Shown here in pieces: positions 17,086 through 26,389 of a stretch of DNA of 64,000 bases. This stretch comes from a virus. Taxonomy: Duplodnaviria > Caudoviricetes. Below the pieces are notes generated by a model that was given only the letters and a program-made list of their open reading frames with translations, was not told the origin of the DNA and made no database searches. The stretch's first letter is position 1. Every line of letters starts with the position of its first letter. The stretch lies in IMG/VR virus record IMGVR_UViG_3300026493_000002; one strand, 5' to 3'. Made by a program: the position numbers and the translations under genes.

Positions 17086-19059
17086 TTAGAGTTTGTACTT
17101 CTTCTTGAAGGACACCAGGTCGTAGACAGGGATACCCAACGACTCGGCCTTGGAGAGCTTGCTGCTGGACTTGCCCGGCACTGCAATCAGGATCGTGGTC
17201 TTGGCGTTCACGCCGCTGGCAATCGAGCCGCCGTTGGCAACAATCGCCTTCTCCAGTTCCTTGTCGCGCACACCAGTGAAGCACACCGCTTGGCCAGTCA
17301 TCTTCTTGCCGACGACCTTGACCTTTGCTGGCATCAGCGGCTTGATCTTGGAGAGACGCAGCCACTTGGTGAACTTGTGGAAGCCAGCGGCGAAGATCGC
17401 AGCAGTCTTCTCTTGGAAGCCTTCGATGCCGACGACCTTGGCCTTGATCTGATTGGGGGACAGCTTCTCCCACGTTGTCAGCAGGTTGGGATACGCATTG
17501 ATGATGGCCTCGAAACGCTTGCTGCCGAAGCCTGCACCGAAGTGACCACTGCCTGCCATGAGCAGATGCAGCGGAGCTTCCTTGCACTTGGCGCGAATCG
17601 AAGCCGCCAGCTTCTCTGCACTGCGACGCTTGAAGCCCGGGATCTCCAGGAAGTCCTCAGCATCCGCACGCAGGATCTTGATGATCGACGTGTAGCCGGC
17701 CTCGGTCAGCTTCTGCACCACACCGAGCTTGACACCCTCGACGTCCAGCTTCACGAAGAAGTCGGTGATGCGCTTGTCACGCACCAGGTCGGTCTTGGTG
17801 TCCATCATGATGTACACCTTGCCGGAATCCCAGGTGTAGTCGATACCCTTGGGCAGGCCCGGAGCCTTTGCGGCCTTGACGACCTCGACCACATGCGGGA
17901 TCACGTCGCCACTACGGACGATCTTGATGATGGCGCCCTTACCCAGCGGCTTCTCCACCAGCTTGACGTTGTTGCGACGGGCCTTGCCGACTTCCTTGCT
18001 GCGGTAACCGTGCACGATGAAGAAGGCGTTGTGACCCGAAATGTTCGTGACCGTGACACCTGCCAGAGGTGTGGGCGGGATGACGATGACGGGTTGCAGC
18101 TTGCCGTGCTTGGTCTCTTCCCAGTCGATGCGCTCGATCTTCACCGTTGCGCTGTCGTCCTCACCCTGATCCTTGAAGGCGAAGGCGTAGGACGGACTGT
18201 GCGTACCAGCCGGCGGCCGCTTGTTGATCGAATTGTTCTCGATCACCAGACCGTCGATTGGACGCGGAGACTTCGCACGCGCTTCCTTGAACAGGCGTTG
18301 CAGCTTCGGAATGTCGATGGTATCGGTGACACGCCACGGGGCGGTCATGAAGCCCATCATATCCAGAACCTGGAACGCGCGCTGCGGAGTCATACGCGGG
18401 CTGATGACCTCGTAGGCAAGCACGTGGGCCTTCTTGAGGGCCGAGTGGTCACCACGAATGCGGTTCATCATACCCGCGACGAGGTTGCGACTGTTGGCAA
18501 AGCCCTCAGAGGCAAACGACTTCTTGAACACCGCATCGGTCATCGAAATCTCGGCGCGGATGGTCATGCCCTCCTTGGGCGCGAGCTTCGGCACGTCGAG
18601 ATACGGGATCAAATGCGAGACGTCCTGACCGATGGTGCCGTCGCCGCGCGTGTACACCGACGACAACTCCCAGCCCTTCTTACCCTTGCCTGCGTAGACA
18701 AGTTCCAGGGACGATCCGTCCTCCTTGTTGGAGATAACGTACGGTCCCGGATACTTGGCAGTCCAGCGCGCGAATTCCTTCGGCATGTCCGGCTTGATCT
18801 TGGACAGACTGAACAGCGGATAAGGCAACTTCACCTTCTTGCGCCCAACCTTGGAGCTACCGACCTTCTTCAACAGCGGATGTTTCGGATCACGACTGCG
18901 CAGTTCGTCCTCCAGCTGGTCGTACTTGGCGTCGGTCAAGCTGAGCTTGCGGCCGGCGTAGTACAGGTCCTTGGCCTTCTGGATGGCGCGCTCCAGGATG
19001 GTCGTGGACAGCTGGCGAATCTGGGCCTTGCTGTAGGTATTCAGTTCGGAGAGCTTCAT
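17086..19059 (-). CDS. ligA: NAD-dependent DNA ligase
   Basis: YY...D..YD domain Ia, KEDG adenylation motif, TRGDG, SGDVIP, HhH region and C-terminal BRCT; start MKLSEL. Confidence 0.95.
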   Translation of the reverse strand: MKLSELNTYSKAQIRQLSTTILERAIQKAKDLYYAGRKLSLTDAKYDQLEDELRSRDPKHPLLKKVGSSKVGRKKVKLPYPLFSLSKIKPDMPKEFARWTAKYPGPYVISNKEDGSSLELVYAGKGKKGWELSSVYTRGDGTIGQDVSHLIPYLDVPKLAPKEGMTIRAEISMTDAVFKKSFASEGFANSRNLVAGMMNRIRGDHSALKKAHVLAYEVISPRMTPQRAFQVLDMMGFMTAPWRVTDTIDIPKLQRLFKEARAKSPRPIDGLVIENNSINKRPPAGTHSPSYAFAFKDQGEDDSATVKIERIDWEETKHGKLQPVIVIPPTPLAGVTVTNISGHNAFFIVHGYRSKEVGKARRNNVKLVEKPLGKGAIIKIVRSGDVIPHVVEVVKAAKAPGLPKGIDYTWDSGKVYIMMDTKTDLVRDKRITDFFVKLDVEGVKLGVVQKLTEAGYTSIIKILRADAEDFLEIPGFKRRSAEKLAASIRAKCKEAPLHLLMAGSGHFGAGFGSKRFEAIINAYPNLLTTWEKLSPNQIKAKVVGIEGFQEKTAAIFAAGFHKFTKWLRLSKIKPLMPAKVKVVGKKMTGQAVCFTGVRDKELEKAIVANGGSIASGVNAKTTILIAVPGKSSSKLSKAESLGIPVYDLVSFKKKYKL

Positions 19060-19075
19060 GGTGTGGGCACTGTGC

Positions 19076-19612
19076 TTAATGGTGGAAGTCGCGGAAGTCG
19101 AGTCCGTCGTCGTCATCGCGGAAGGTGTCCTCGTCGAGGTCGAACTCCTCACGCTTCTTCTTGGGTTTCAACAGCTGGGCTTTATCCTGCCTGCTCGGAC
19201 TCTTTACAGAGGACGGCTTAGCAGCCTTGCGGATCTTGTCCAGACGTTCGAGCTTCACGTCCAGCTTGGTCGGGCGCTTCGGAGCAGCGGGCTCCTTGAT
19301 TACGACCTTGATCGGCTTCGGCGGCTTGGCAGGCTTCTCCACGGCGGAGAACTCAACCGGATCACGGTGGCGACGGCTGCTATCGAGCAGTTCACCACCG
19401 TCTTCCACTTTGAGGAAGTAGCGAATGTCAGGACGGGAGGGAACAACCACGCGGTCAACGCGGTTGTTCAGGTTGAACAGTCCGAACAGGTCACCGTTCT
19501 TCAACGTCAACGTCTGGCCCTTGGTATCCTTGATGACGAACGGCTTCTTCCCTGTGTACTTGTACCACAGATGTTTCTCGGCCTTGATGGGCCGTGCGGC
19601 TTTGGCTTCCAT
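19076..19612 (-). CDS. Hypothetical basic protein
   Basis: 178-aa ORF in operon. Confidence 0.7.
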   Translation of the reverse strand: MEAKAARPIKAEKHLWYKYTGKKPFVIKDTKGQTLTLKNGDLFGLFNLNNRVDRVVVPSRPDIRYFLKVEDGGELLDSSRRHRDPVEFSAVEKPAKPPKPIKVVIKEPAAPKRPTKLDVKLERLDKIRKAAKPSSVKSPSRQDKAQLLKPKKKREEFDLDEDTFRDDDDGLDFRDFHH

Positions 19613-19629
19613 GACGGTGTTACCTTTGG

Positions 19630-21201
19630 TTACTTGGGCATGAATGCGTTGAGCATATCGTACAGTGCATAGCGGCCACCCTTCGACTGCCTCATCCGCT
19701 TGTTGTCTTTGCGATCCTGCGCGATGGAGATCTGGCGCTGAGCCTCGTTACGCCACGTCTCGGTACTGACCGTCTTCGCATCCTGCTCGGAGGGCTTGTA
19801 GATGATGCTAACCGGAACATTCATCACGGTCATCAGGCCGAGCTTTCGCGGATCATAGGTCAGGACCGCCCAGCGAGTGCGCGGGCCCTTACCGTTCTGG
19901 ATCAGCAGGATGCCGGGGATCGTGCGATCCGGCTTACGGCTGTCAACCCACGAGACTGCCATGAGCGAGTGCAGCTGGTAGGGAGACAGCGGCTCCAGTT
20001 TGGACTTGGTGCTGCGGATCGTCTCCTTCTTCTGCTCCACGCGCTGCTTCGTGGCTTCGTCCATGAAGGCCGCGTTGTCGTACTTGCTGAAACGTGCAGG
20101 CGTCAGGCCGACGTTGACCATCCAGCGACGCCAGTTCGGACCATGACCGCCTTCGGCCTTGAGTGCAGCGCCGCCGATACGGTCCAGTTCGTACACAGCC
20201 TGATGGCACATTTCATGGACAATCGTGGTGACAACCAACGGCTCTTTGCCGCTGCCGAACAGGTTCGGACTGATCTGCATGAGACGTTTGCCATAGCTGT
20301 ACTGACCACGCAGACGGAACTTCTCGACGCTGACAGCCTTGAGCAGGTGCAGATGCGGCCGATGTAGCTTACCACCGAAGAGGCGCTTGTTCGCGTTGTC
20401 GTACACCCGTTCAATGTAGGCAAGCATTGCACTGCGCTTACCCTTGGCCTTGGCGAACATGGACGGATCGCCTACCAGCTTGGTCAGCTGCACGTCCTGC
20501 GGATGGATCGAGGACAGGTCCGGCTCGTTCTTCTGCGGCAGCTTCGGCTCGGGTTCAATCTGGATGGTGAGCTTCTTGACCTTCGTGGAAGGCTTCGGCG
20601 CACGCAACGGCTTGAACGGTTCGGTCGGTGGCTCGGGATCAACCGCGCGCTCAACCTTGCGACGCAGTTTGGTCGGCGCAGGGCGCACAGTCTGATTCTC
20701 GGGCCAATCGTTTTCGGTTTCGAGGCCAGGACGACGGCGGCCCGTGGGCTTCGTCTTCGCAGGCTTGTCGACCTTCACCTTCTCGACCTTGGTCTTGCGT
20801 ACGGTCTTCTCAACCTTCGGAGCCTTGGCGGGCTTCTTGGTCTTGACTACCTTCTCGGCCTTCTTGCTACCACCCTTCGTCTTGGACTTGAGGGCTTTCT
20901 TCTTTTCGGTGAACTTCTCGATCTTGCCCGTGAGCAAGTCGATCTTCCCCTGCTGCAGGTCGATCGCGGCTTGTGCTTTCTTGGCGGCAGCCTTGACTGC
21001 GGCCGGCACTCGTCCGGACTTCTGTGCCTTCTTCAATTCTGCAAGGGCGGGCTTACCCTTGTTCTGAGCGACCTTGAGCTTGTCCTTACGGATAGCGATA
21101 CGCTCTTTGAAGTAGGCAATACGGTCGTCGATGGCCTCAATGCGTTCGGCAGACGACAGGCTGACGAAGCCCATGTCGCTCACGCGCAGGTGAAGTTTCA
21201 T
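19630..21201 (-). CDS. SprT-like zinc metalloprotease with long Lys/Pro-rich N-terminal region
   Basis: TIVHEMCH...HGPNW SprT signature; start MKLHLR. Confidence 0.85.
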   Translation of the reverse strand: MKLHLRVSDMGFVSLSSAERIEAIDDRIAYFKERIAIRKDKLKVAQNKGKPALAELKKAQKSGRVPAAVKAAAKKAQAAIDLQQGKIDLLTGKIEKFTEKKKALKSKTKGGSKKAEKVVKTKKPAKAPKVEKTVRKTKVEKVKVDKPAKTKPTGRRRPGLETENDWPENQTVRPAPTKLRRKVERAVDPEPPTEPFKPLRAPKPSTKVKKLTIQIEPEPKLPQKNEPDLSSIHPQDVQLTKLVGDPSMFAKAKGKRSAMLAYIERVYDNANKRLFGGKLHRPHLHLLKAVSVEKFRLRGQYSYGKRLMQISPNLFGSGKEPLVVTTIVHEMCHQAVYELDRIGGAALKAEGGHGPNWRRWMVNVGLTPARFSKYDNAAFMDEATKQRVEQKKETIRSTKSKLEPLSPYQLHSLMAVSWVDSRKPDRTIPGILLIQNGKGPRTRWAVLTYDPRKLGLMTVMNVPVSIIYKPSEQDAKTVSTETWRNEAQRQISIAQDRKDNKRMRQSKGGRYALYDMLNAFMPK

Positions 21202-21205
21202 GGGC

Positions 21206-21907
21206 TTATCCCTTCTTACGCAGGCGACGAACCCGCTTGGCGCCCTTGAAGCCAGCAACCAACGAACTGGCCGTCGCGGGCATGAAGCCCGGCGGGAATC
21301 CGTTGTTGTCGTCCGACTTCATGAACAGCTGCTTGAGGCTGGTGCGGCTGAGCGCGTTGCGGACGAACCGCAGGAAGTCGATCTTGGTCATCTTGTCAGC
21401 GCGCGGGACCTCTTCGATCTTGTCCCAGTAGCCCTTGAACATGTTGAAGACCGTGTTGTTGCTGTTCATGTACTTGGTGCCGAAACGCTTGAATGCGAGA
21501 TCGATCACCACGTTGCCGACGCGGACCACGAAGTGGATCAGGTCCTTTGCGATCAGCTGACGGCCGAACTCGTTCATGGCGTTGGTCAGGACCGGCGAGC
21601 AGTCGACCAGTTCACCCTTGAAGCCGTGACAGACCAGCAGCTGGCTATCGAAGCCATTGATGGTCAGATGACGGAACAGGGTTTCAGCCAGCATCGCCGC
21701 ATTCTCTTCGGCGACGATCACGTTGGTCTGGGCCTGCTTGGCCTTCTGGCTGCTGTTGAGGAAGTCAGTCACCGCTGCGTACAGGGTGATGCCGTTGTTG
21801 CCACGGCCCAGGCCACCGCTGATGCTCTCCAGCTCACCCAGCGAGGTGGCAATGACAGCATCCGACTCGGAACTGAGCGGGATTTGGATCTTGGAAATCT
21901 TGGACAC
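21206..21907 (-). CDS. Hypothetical virion protein, possible transglutaminase/papain-like fold
   Basis: IHFVVRVGNVVIDLAFKRF resembles the His/Asp strands of that fold; 233 aa. Confidence 0.5.
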   Translation of the reverse strand: MSKISKIQIPLSSESDAVIATSLGELESISGGLGRGNNGITLYAAVTDFLNSSQKAKQAQTNVIVAEENAAMLAETLFRHLTINGFDSQLLVCHGFKGELVDCSPVLTNAMNEFGRQLIAKDLIHFVVRVGNVVIDLAFKRFGTKYMNSNNTVFNMFKGYWDKIEEVPRADKMTKIDFLRFVRNALSRTSLKQLFMKSDDNNGFPPGFMPATASSLVAGFKGAKRVRRLRKKG

Positions 21908-21938
21908 GTTGGACCTCGAAAGGGTTGCAGCCCCGGGA

Positions 21939-23831
21939 TTAACCTCGGGGCTTGATGGATACGGTCTGATTGGACATGCGCTTGCGCACGTTGGCTTCCT
22001 TCATGGCGCGAGCGATGCGACGATTGATCTTCTCGTTCGCTGCCTTCTGGCCGGTGAGCAGACTGCGCTTGCCGGTCGCACTGACGTTGTAGAGTTCACC
22101 GGTGTCACCGAACTCGCGGTTCAGCAGTGCAGGCTTACCACGCACCGACTGAGTGCTGCTGCGAGTCTTCTGCAACGGCGGCGGGATCAGGAACGAACGG
22201 GCTTCCGCCGACATATCGTCATCACCGCTCTCGTCGTCCTTCGGCAGCAGGGCGTCGATCTTCTGCTTGTACTCCTGCAGGCGCTTGCGCGTTGCAAGGT
22301 CGTCGTCCTGCTGCTTGAGCAGTTCGTCGAGGTTCAAGCCACCGGCTGCGGCCAGCACGCGGATCGGGACGGGCACGCCCTTCTCGGTCATCGACTGGAG
22401 CATGTCCATGTAAGCGGTGTCGCCCTCGGGCTTCAACTGCTTGGACCACGACACGCTCGGGATCAGCAGGCGGCTGCCGTCGTTAAGGGTGTACAGGGCT
22501 TCTTCCGGAGCCAGGCTGTCCATCAGACCATCGGTGCGGATGATCTTGCCCTTGTGGTTCACGGTGATGCCGTTAATCATCGACACCAGCGGGAACAACT
22601 TCTCGTAGAAGAACTTCCGGGTCATCATTTCGCGGTATGCACGGAGCATATCCACGAACACGGTCATGCTGTTGTCGTTGACGTTGTAGTTCGCGTCGCC
22701 AGACAGGAACGCTTCCGAAATCGACAGCGCGCGCAGCTTCTGCGGCAGTACGGAGTCGGAGAAGTCGGTCACCTTCCAGAAGTCGCCACCCTGACGAATC
22801 TCCTCCACGCCGACACCGGCACGGGTTGCAACGATGGCACCGAGCGGATCGGTATCAGCGTTGAGGAACATGTCCACCATGAACTCCATGTCCTGCGGAC
22901 TCGGAATCCAGTTGTCACCGTCACCCAGCGTCAGGTGCATGATGCCGCGCTGGCGTCGTGCAGACTCGACAAGGGTACCACGGAACAGGTTCTTTTCGAT
23001 CAGGTACAGCGGCAGCAGACGACGGTAGTAGCTGACGCCCATGTCCGTATCGGCGAACGTCTTGCGCGGGATGTACGTGGTCGTCATCGGGTCGAGCTCC
23101 ACAGAGCCAGCCTTGATCTTGTCGAACACGTCCGCACCCACCAGCTTCATCAAACGCTCAAGGCGCTTGGGGTTCATTTCCAGCACGGCCTTGTGCTGCT
23201 CACTGAACGTAGCGGTGATGACCGGTTCCTGCGAGTAGAACGGCAGGGTCTGGATGCCGAGGTTCTCCGGGGCGTAGGGCATCACGTCCACGAAGACCTT
23301 CTTGTCGCGGTTGTAGAGCATCGAGTGGCAGTGCAGGCCCAGCACCAGCTGGTCAACCGCCATCTCGGGAATCAAGGTCTTGCAACCCAGACGCTCCACG
23401 TTCTCGTTGTAGATCGAGAGGATCTTGTCATCCTCCAGGCCGCCGAGCGAGAAGTCGCCGAACGGCAGCATGGACATGAGGTCGACAGCACTACCGCCGA
23501 CGGGATCGTTGTAGTAAATGTCGCGGTACAGCGAGTACAGGATGCGGTAGTTGTTCGGCATCAGACCGACAAGCATCGGGTCCGTGTCGATGGTGACCGG
23601 CATGCTGCCCATCTGGGTGTTCGGCATCGCCATGTTGATGCCGCTCTCGGACGTCATGACGTCCGACACCTTGCCATCGGTGACCTTGGACTCGGCCTTC
23701 TTCGAGTTACGCACCTTGCTGTCCATTCCCAGATGGGAACCGTCAGTGGACGTCGGCAATGCAGCTGCCGTCGCAACGTTCGCACCTGCCGGGCCGGGCC
23801 TGGTGTACTTGCTTTTCTTGATACTCAGCAT
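21939..23831 (-). CDS. Portal protein
   Basis: 630 aa from MLSIKK; just downstream of terL; helical N-terminal LYRDIYYNDPVGGSAVDL block recalled from jumbo-phage portals. Confidence 0.75.
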   Translation of the reverse strand: MLSIKKSKYTRPGPAGANVATAAALPTSTDGSHLGMDSKVRNSKKAESKVTDGKVSDVMTSESGINMAMPNTQMGSMPVTIDTDPMLVGLMPNNYRILYSLYRDIYYNDPVGGSAVDLMSMLPFGDFSLGGLEDDKILSIYNENVERLGCKTLIPEMAVDQLVLGLHCHSMLYNRDKKVFVDVMPYAPENLGIQTLPFYSQEPVITATFSEQHKAVLEMNPKRLERLMKLVGADVFDKIKAGSVELDPMTTTYIPRKTFADTDMGVSYYRRLLPLYLIEKNLFRGTLVESARRQRGIMHLTLGDGDNWIPSPQDMEFMVDMFLNADTDPLGAIVATRAGVGVEEIRQGGDFWKVTDFSDSVLPQKLRALSISEAFLSGDANYNVNDNSMTVFVDMLRAYREMMTRKFFYEKLFPLVSMINGITVNHKGKIIRTDGLMDSLAPEEALYTLNDGSRLLIPSVSWSKQLKPEGDTAYMDMLQSMTEKGVPVPIRVLAAAGGLNLDELLKQQDDDLATRKRLQEYKQKIDALLPKDDESGDDDMSAEARSFLIPPPLQKTRSSTQSVRGKPALLNREFGDTGELYNVSATGKRSLLTGQKAANEKINRRIARAMKEANVRKRMSNQTVSIKPRG

Positions 23832-23910
23832 AACGGGAGTCTCCATCGAACCCGAGCATATGCCGCAGAGGGTCGATCTTTTGGATTGTAGTCTCTGCGG
23901 CAAATGCCGA

Positions 23911-24132
23911 TCAGTTCTTCTGCGGGGTGGAGACGCGGCAGGTCGTGCAGAAGAAGACCGTGTCGCCGTTGCCGATCGTGCCGGTGGCCATGGAGGTCTT
24001 GCACTTCGGGCACTCGCCGACATTCTCGTTGTAGATTGCGGCGGTGGCTTCCATCGCAGGCTGGTCAGCGTTGGCGACTACAACCTGTTCCGGCTCCGCT
24101 TGCAGCGGGTTGAAAATGGGCTTGGTACTCAT
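23911..24132 (-). CDS. Small zinc-ribbon protein
   Basis: CPKC...FCTTC; GGGAG RBS. Confidence 0.75.
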   Translation of the reverse strand: MSTKPIFNPLQAEPEQVVVANADQPAMEATAAIYNENVGECPKCKTSMATGTIGNGDTVFFCTTCRVSTPQKN

Positions 24133-24159
24133 AGCGTGTATCTCCCTAAGACATGGTCA

Positions 24160-24166
24160 AAATTAG
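24160..24166 (-). promoter_or_regulatory. Putative late promoter motif CTAATTT
   Basis: CTAATTTTGACC heading the portal operon, similar to the 11212 copy. Confidence 0.6.
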
Positions 24167-24193
24167 CATGGCGGACAGTAGGCCCTGGCGGCG

Positions 24194-26383
24194 TCAACCT
24201 CTCGATTTGCGCACGCCGAGCGAGGTTCCAGCAGATGCAGCACCGCCGCCTCCGCCACCACCGGAGTATCCCTTGGAGACGCCCATCTGGGAAATGTCGA
24301 TGCCCCGATTGGTCTCCAGTCGATCCTTCTCCCAGAGCTCCTGGTTGTCTTCATCGAGGAGCATTCGCACGCACAGCATGGAGGCACGCACCATGTCGTC
24401 CGTCAGCTGATCACCCTTGATGATCTGGCTGCCAGTGTCCTGCACAGTCAGCATCTGGAGATAGAAGTGGCCGATGGCGTCGTTCTTGAACACCGACGGA
24501 TAGTTCGACTGGTCGTAGGTGGTAATCTCGTCCAGCTCGCGCTTCGGATTGGGCAGCAGGATGCGCTTGTCTTCGAGGTAGTCCTTGAACAGTCGCATAT
24601 CGGCGTACTTGAGGCTGTACTGCCGAGTCTGGACCTCGTGGTCTTCCTCAATGTCGGAGAGGATCTTGATGCTGTTCCAGCGGTCGGCTGCCACCAGCTG
24701 CACGTTACGCGCATCCAGCATCGGCACGATCACGCTCTTGTAGATGCGCGAGAAGTTCAGCGGCACGCCCGGTAGAGGCATGACCTCCATCACGGCGTCG
24801 ATCACTGGGAACTTGTGATCCGCCAGATGGCCGATAGCCATTGCGAAGCTGTTGTTGACGTAACCCGCATCGAGCGCAAGGCAGGAGGGCTTACCGGTAC
24901 GACGCGCCTTCTGGATGGTAGCGAAGCGCATCATGTCCTTGGTCTTCTTGCTGCGCTTCTCCTGATGCTGGAGAATCACGGCGTTGGGCTTATCACCGAT
25001 AGCACCGGTGACGATACCCGCAGACAGGAACTGGTTGGACGACAACGGAGGCTGGGCACCGTAATCTCGCATGGCGCCGATCGGATCGTTCTTGAACTCG
25101 TTGACGATGACCGGGTTGTCACGCAGCACACCGGGGTTCATTTCCCACGTGGGGCGGATCAGGCCCAAGATGACGCGCGAACCTTGAGACTTGCGCACCA
25201 GCTCCATGATCTTGTCTCGTACCGACGACGGGCTGGACACGTTGATGAAGTAGCCGGTGGGGATATCGGTGAAGCCCTTGGACCACAGGTTGTCAGCAGC
25301 AGCGCGGACGGTCAGCAGCGAACGTTCGAGTGCCTGATAGACCTGTGTTGCGTCCATCTTGACCTTACCGCTGTCGGCACTGTTGTCGAACCAACCTAGT
25401 TCGTCGATTGAACTCAGGAAGCGAGTACGACCACGCAGGGTTCGCTTATCGGGACCTGCCGGGTACATGAGCAGGCGACGGTGGCGATACATGACGAAGG
25501 TGTCGTTGAGCTTGTAGAGCTCCTCGCCGGTCCTCGCCGTGTAGTCATCCAGCATCGAGTGGTACTCTTGGAACCACGGACTCGCCAGGATGTTGCCGTA
25601 GAACGGATCCCATAGCGTGTCCTTCGCCTGCGCATAGGTCAGTGCGACGAACGTACCGTGCAGTGTATTCGACGGCAGCAGGCCGTAGACCTCGTTCGGC
25701 TTCTGGAGCTTCAACATGCGGTGCGTGATGTACGCCGATAGCATCGCAACCACTGCGGACTTACCCGAACGCTGACCTGCCGAAATCGCCAGTTCGTAGT
25801 ACAGATTGATCCGACCGCGCATGTACGCCTTCTGCTGGCTGCGCTTACAGTGCGGGCACTTACCGTGCACCAACGGAACGATCTTGCTCTGGACGTGATC
25901 CAGGGTATCGCCCACACCGTAGTTGTCGAAGTAGTCCTTGTCCGAGCAGTGTATGCACCACTCGCCGAACAGTCGCAACCCGATCAGGGCCTGCGAGGCG
26001 TACGGCTTCTGATTCAGCAGCTTGGGATTGAGGCAGAATTCCAAGAAGTTGTCGGCGAGCGCGAAGTCGCCGTCGTTGATCTTGATATCCGGACTGACGA
26101 TGGACTTGGAACTGATCGCCTTCTTCAACACTTCCTGAATGTCGAAGGTGTCGATGGTGCCAGGAACGACCATCGGCAGACTATTGCCACCGGGTTCCGC
26201 CAGAACGTCCGGCATCGGAGTCTCGATGGCATCGAACAGACGACGCATACCATCGAGGCCACCATCCTTGCCTCGCTTGAAACGACCACAGCTGTAGATT
26301 ACGGACTTATGCGGGTCCTTGCACTGCAGGTACAATGCACAGGACATGCAGTTCTTCAACGTACTAGATCGGACCTGTAGCAT
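24194..26383 (-). CDS. terL: Terminase large subunit
   Basis: AGQRSGKS Walker A, IDELGW Walker B, VSSP coupling motif, C-terminal RNase H acidic residues (LDAG, TDD). Confidence 0.9.
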   Translation of the reverse strand: MLQVRSSTLKNCMSCALYLQCKDPHKSVIYSCGRFKRGKDGGLDGMRRLFDAIETPMPDVLAEPGGNSLPMVVPGTIDTFDIQEVLKKAISSKSIVSPDIKINDGDFALADNFLEFCLNPKLLNQKPYASQALIGLRLFGEWCIHCSDKDYFDNYGVGDTLDHVQSKIVPLVHGKCPHCKRSQQKAYMRGRINLYYELAISAGQRSGKSAVVAMLSAYITHRMLKLQKPNEVYGLLPSNTLHGTFVALTYAQAKDTLWDPFYGNILASPWFQEYHSMLDDYTARTGEELYKLNDTFVMYRHRRLLMYPAGPDKRTLRGRTRFLSSIDELGWFDNSADSGKVKMDATQVYQALERSLLTVRAAADNLWSKGFTDIPTGYFINVSSPSSVRDKIMELVRKSQGSRVILGLIRPTWEMNPGVLRDNPVIVNEFKNDPIGAMRDYGAQPPLSSNQFLSAGIVTGAIGDKPNAVILQHQEKRSKKTKDMMRFATIQKARRTGKPSCLALDAGYVNNSFAMAIGHLADHKFPVIDAVMEVMPLPGVPLNFSRIYKSVIVPMLDARNVQLVAADRWNSIKILSDIEEDHEVQTRQYSLKYADMRLFKDYLEDKRILLPNPKRELDEITTYDQSNYPSVFKNDAIGHFYLQMLTVQDTGSQIIKGDQLTDDMVRASMLCVRMLLDEDNQELWEKDRLETNRGIDISQMGVSKGYSGGGGGGGAASAGTSLGVRKSRG

Positions 26384-26389
26384 GATAGG

